The translations under genes and the position numbers were made by a program. From assembly GCA_036563665.1 (NCBI GenBank), contig DATCLY010000043.1, positions 7,012-71,011 on the forward strand: 64,000 nt of DNA, read 5' to 3'. Positions 60,842 through 64,000 of this stretch are shown here, one piece after another. How positions within the stretch are numbered: the stretch's first letter is position 1; each line of letters opens with the position of its first letter. The DNA comes from Gammaproteobacteria bacterium (GTDB taxonomy: Bacteria; Pseudomonadota; Gammaproteobacteria; Steroidobacterales; Rariloculaceae). The notes below the pieces were generated by a model that saw only the letters and a program-made list of their open reading frames with translations, made no database searches and had not been told where the DNA came from.

Positions 60842-62089
60842 TCAGTGGGCGCGGCTCAACGATATCGCATTCTCGTAGCCCAGGATGCGAAGTGCTTCGA
60901 GAAGCTGGGGGTCTTCGTCCGGTTCCGCGCCGCCCGGCACGCCGCGGTACAGGCGCCGCGGCTCGGGGGTCGGCACGAGGAGGTCGGGCTCGATGCCGGC
61001 GCCGTTGATGGAGCGCCCGGCGGGGGTGATGTAGAGCGACGTGGTGAGCTTCAGCGCGCTGCCTTCACCGAGCGGCATGACGGTCTGGACCGAGCCCTTG
61101 CCGTAGGTGCGCTCCCCCACGAGCCGCGCCCGGGCGTGATCCTGCAGCGCGCCCGCGACGATCTCCGACGCCGAGGCCGAGCCGCCGTTCACCAGCACCA
61201 CGAGGGCCACGTCCTCGAGCTCGTCGCCCGGGCTCGCGTAGCGCTCGAACCGCGCCTGGCGCACCCGGCCGTTGCCGCGCACGATGAGGCCGCGGGCGAG
61301 GAACACGTCCGCCACTTCCACGGCCGCGTCGAGCACGCCGCCGGGGTTGTTGCGCAGATCGAGCACCACGCCGCGGAGCCCGCCGCGCTCGGACTTGCGC
61401 CGCAGCTCCTTGGCGGCCGCCGCGAGCTCCTCCCCCGTGCCCTCCGAGAACGAGTTCACGCGCACGTAGCCCAGGCCGTTGCCCAGGTACTCGGTGCGCA
61501 CGGATTTGACGAGGATGGGCGCGCGAGTCAGGGCGAAGCGCAGCGGTCGGTCGACGCCGGGCCGCAGAACATCGAGCGTGACGGAGGTGCCGGGCGTGCC
61601 GCGCATCCGGCTCACGGTGGCCTCGACGTTGTTCTCGTCCACCGGCACGTCGTCCACCGACACCACGATGTCGCCTGGCAGGATGCCGGCCCGCTCGGCG
61701 GGCGCGCCGTCGAGCGGCGCCACGACCGTGAGCTTGCCGTCGTCCACGGTGACGTCGAGCCCGACGCCCGTGTAGTTGCCCGTGGTGCTGATCAGGATCT
61801 CTTCGTACTGCTTCGCGTCGAGATAGCGCGAGTGGGGGTCGAGCCCCTCGAGGATGCCGCGGATGGCGCCCTCCACCAGGCGCCGGTCGTCCACGTCGTC
61901 CACGTATTCGCGCCGCACGCGGTCGATCACCTCTGCGATCAGCGCCGCGTGCTCGCTCGTGAGGTCGCGCGTGCGGTGGGCGGCGCGCTCCGCGCGCAGG
62001 TCGTTCAGCAGGTTGCCGCCCGCCGATACCGCGAGCCCGAGGACGGTGCCCGCCACCAGTACGACGATGCTTCGCGCGCGTAAGCTCAT
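60842..62089 (-). CDS. ctpA: S41 family carboxyl-terminal processing protease
   Basis: LDPHSRY, PDZ, DLRNNPGG, NGGSASASEIVAGALQDH and GKGSVQ. Confidence 0.95.
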   Translation of the reverse strand: MSLRARSIVVLVAGTVLGLAVSAGGNLLNDLRAERAAHRTRDLTSEHAALIAEVIDRVRREYVDDVDDRRLVEGAIRGILEGLDPHSRYLDAKQYEEILISTTGNYTGVGLDVTVDDGKLTVVAPLDGAPAERAGILPGDIVVSVDDVPVDENNVEATVSRMRGTPGTSVTLDVLRPGVDRPLRFALTRAPILVKSVRTEYLGNGLGYVRVNSFSEGTGEELAAAAKELRRKSERGGLRGVVLDLRNNPGGVLDAAVEVADVFLARGLIVRGNGRVRQARFERYASPGDELEDVALVVLVNGGSASASEIVAGALQDHARARLVGERTYGKGSVQTVMPLGEGSALKLTTSLYITPAGRSINGAGIEPDLLVPTPEPRRLYRGVPGGAEPDEDPQLLEALRILGYENAISLSRAH

Positions 62090-62191
62090 GCTCCGCGTCT
62101 TCTTGTCTCCGGCTCCCCCTGCGGGACCGAATCCACCTTAGCACAGCGTTTCGGGACGAGGAAACGCGCGCGCCGTCGGTGCCGAATTTCT

Positions 62192-63349
62192 TTACGGTGC
62201 CGCCTTCGCGATCCAGGGGTGGGGGTTCACGGGCTCGCCGTCCTGGCGGATCTCGAAGTAGAGCGCGGGCCCGGCCCGTCCGCCGCTGTCGCCCACGCGC
62301 GCGAGGGGTTCCCCCGGCGCCACCCAGTCGCCGGGCTCCTTGAGCAGCGCCTCGTTGTGCCCGTAGAGGCTCATGAAGCCGTCGCCGTGATCCACGATGA
62401 TCAGAAGGCCGAGCCCCGCGAGCCAGTCGGCGAACACCACGCGGCCGTGGTACACGGCCCGCACGGGCGCGCCACGCTCCGCCTCGAGCAGCACGCCGTT
62501 CCACTTGAGCCCCCCCGCGCGGGGCTTGCCGAAGTCCTCCACGATGCGGCCGGCCACGGGCCAGGCGAGGCGGCCCTTCAAGCGCGGGAACGGCTCGTCC
62601 GAGTCCACGGGGAAGGGGGCGAGCGCCTTGGTGAGCTCCGCCACGAGCTCCGCGAGCCGCGCTTCCTCGCCTCTGAGGCGCTCGACCTCGGCGTCGCCGC
62701 GCTGGATGTCGCGTTCGAGCGCCGCGAGCGCGGCTCGCCGCTCGTCGCGGGCGGCTTCCAGGGCGGCGGCTTCCCGGGCGCGCTGCTGCTCGAGCGCGGC
62801 CAGGCGCCGGCCGACCTCCTCGCTCTCGGCCCGCAGCGCAGCGAGGCGCCCGAGCTCCGCCCGGACCCGCGCGATGCGCTCGCCGCGGGCCCGGTTCACG
62901 TAGTCGTAGTAGATCATCATGCGGCCGAGAGACGCCGGATCCTGCTGCGACAGGAGCACCTTGGCGAGCTCCCCGCGCCCGGTCACGTAGCTCATGCGGA
63001 CCTGCGCTGCGAGCGCGGCGCGCTCGGCGTCGAGGCGGCGCTCGGCGGCCGCGTGCTCCGCCGCGAGCTCGCCCTGGCGCGCCTCGGCGGCCGCGAGCTC
63101 CGCGCGCACCGCCTCGAGGGCCCGGGACGCCTCGGCCACCTGGAGCTCGCTCTCGCGCAAGGCCCGGCTGCTGCGCTCCCGCTCGGCCCGGCTCCGCGAG
63201 AGCCGCTGCTCGAGCGCCGCGATCTCGGCTCGCACCGCCTCGAGCGCCTGCCGTTCGTCGCGCTGGCCGGACGCGGGCACCGCCGCGAGGCAAGCGGCGG
63301 CCGCCGCGCACGCAGGGAGCAGGCGCCGAATGGTCGCGGGACGATGCAT
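62192..63349 (-). CDS. envC: Murein hydrolase activator EnvC (coiled coil plus degenerate LytM/M23)
   Basis: Signal peptide, long coiled coil, KGRLAWPVAG, WNGVLL, VVFADWLAGLG, SLYGHN and LYFEIRQ. ATG 63349. Confidence 0.92.
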   Translation of the reverse strand: MHRPATIRRLLPACAAAAACLAAVPASGQRDERQALEAVRAEIAALEQRLSRSRAERERSSRALRESELQVAEASRALEAVRAELAAAEARQGELAAEHAAAERRLDAERAALAAQVRMSYVTGRGELAKVLLSQQDPASLGRMMIYYDYVNRARGERIARVRAELGRLAALRAESEEVGRRLAALEQQRAREAAALEAARDERRAALAALERDIQRGDAEVERLRGEEARLAELVAELTKALAPFPVDSDEPFPRLKGRLAWPVAGRIVEDFGKPRAGGLKWNGVLLEAERGAPVRAVYHGRVVFADWLAGLGLLIIVDHGDGFMSLYGHNEALLKEPGDWVAPGEPLARVGDSGGRAGPALYFEIRQDGEPVNPHPWIAKAAP

Positions 63350-63451
63350 CGGGGAGGGCAGTCTAGTGCGTCGGACGGCCGAACTCACGCGTCGGGCGGC
63401 CGCAACGGCGCTGCTATACTCTGCGCCTTTGCCGGACGGCCGCTTTCGGGC

Positions 63452-63874
63452 ATGGGCCAGCTTGCCGAGTTCATCAGCAATCATCCCTGGTTGATCACAG
63501 GCCTCGTCGTGAGCTGGCTCGCGGTCATGACCTACGAGCTCCGGCTCAAGAGCCAGAGCCTCACCCACGTGTCGGTCAACGACGCGGTGCGGCTCATCAA
63601 CAACAAGGGCGCGCTGGTCATCGACGTCCGGGAGCCCGAGGCCTACGCGGCCGGGCACATCGTGAACTCGCGGAACATCCCGCTCAAGCAGCTCATGTCG
63701 GGCGAGGACGTGGTCAAGAAGCAGAAGAACAAGGTGTTGCTCACCGTCTGCGACCGCGGGACGATTTCCGGCAAGGCCGCGATCGCCTTGCGCAAGGCCG
63801 GCTACCAGAGCACTTTCAGCTTGAAGGGCGGCCTCGCGGGCTGGCGCGCCGAGAACCTGCCGCTGGTGAAATAG
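63452..63874 (+). CDS. Rhodanese-like membrane protein (YibN-like)
   Basis: EFISNHP, TM helix, VIDVRE, GHIVNSRNIP and LKGGLAGWRAENLPL. Confidence 0.92.
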   Translation: MGQLAEFISNHPWLITGLVVSWLAVMTYELRLKSQSLTHVSVNDAVRLINNKGALVIDVREPEAYAAGHIVNSRNIPLKQLMSGEDVVKKQKNKVLLTVCDRGTISGKAAIALRKAGYQSTFSLKGGLAGWRAENLPLVK

Positions 63875-63876
63875 CC

Positions 63877-64000
63877 ATGCCCCGACCCGCCGTCGTGGTC
63901 TATTCTTCGCCTTTCTGCGGCTACTGCGCGGCCGCCAAGCGTCTGCTCACGTCCAAAGGCGTGGAGTTCACCGAGGTGGACGTCCTGGCGGACCCGGAGC
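63877..64000 (+). CDS. grxC: Glutaredoxin 3, truncated by the right window edge
   Basis: MPRPAVVVYSSPFCGYCAAAKRLLTSKGVEFTEVDV with a CGYC active site; follows the rhodanese gene as in yibN-grxC-secB. Confidence 0.9.
   Translation, partial: MPRPAVVVYSSPFCGYCAAAKRLLTSKGVEFTEVDVLADPE

Noticed and set aside
62192-62560. EnvC lacking the HxxxD zinc ligands (WNGVLL) as a novel pseudo-peptidase
   Set aside because: Degenerate LytM is the established nature of EnvC.
75-63874. Many very long alternative-frame or antisense ORFs in the track (for example 22897..26805 beyond hprA, 14336..15991, 18322..20979, 42037..44526, 59363..62083, 61065..63311)
   Set aside because: Arg/Ala/Gly/Pro-rich strings overlapping well-supported genes; expected from stop-codon scarcity at high GC.

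Overview
Very GC-rich (roughly 70% by eye) chromosomal segment of a Gammaproteobacterium. Gene content resembles Xanthomonadales/Steroidobacterales/Pseudomonas-type organisms; this placement is inference. It is mostly core genome, in this order: mrcA divergent from a type IV pilus region (pilMNOPQ, then fimT-pilVWX-orf-pilY1-pilE), aroK-aroB-dgt, pyrF-DUF445, fadD, tesA/ybbA, a repeat-filled gap, hprA-ppc, an ABC exporter, a complete trpEGDCFBA operon with a trpL attenuator, ubiE/J/B, hslVU, dapF-DUF484-xerC, ubiD, parA-like, hemXY, algZR, ubiK-comM, cytochrome c5, tRNA-Arg(CCG), a run of small accessory genes, a GGDEF protein, ctpA, envC, rhodanese and grxC. No CRISPR array, rRNA, phage integrase or transposase was seen. 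The most notable signals are non-coding or at single residues. (1) A c-di-GMP-I (GEMM-I) riboswitch with a REP-like insert, plus a class II CRP/Vfr-type promoter, ahead of pilM. (2) LytTR (AlgR-like) tandem boxes ahead of fimT. (3) Two hairpin elements that share a covarying core but have unrelated perfect inverted-repeat arms. (4) A PEP carboxylase with several degenerate active-site motifs, a DapF with Ser at the first catalytic Cys, and a GGDEF domain with Asn at the nucleobase-specificity position. (5) A probable CTG start for dgt, many apparently leaderless genes, and a pseudoknot-topology 5' leader on an RRM gene. All calls were made by eye from the sequence and ORF track; no database searches were run.
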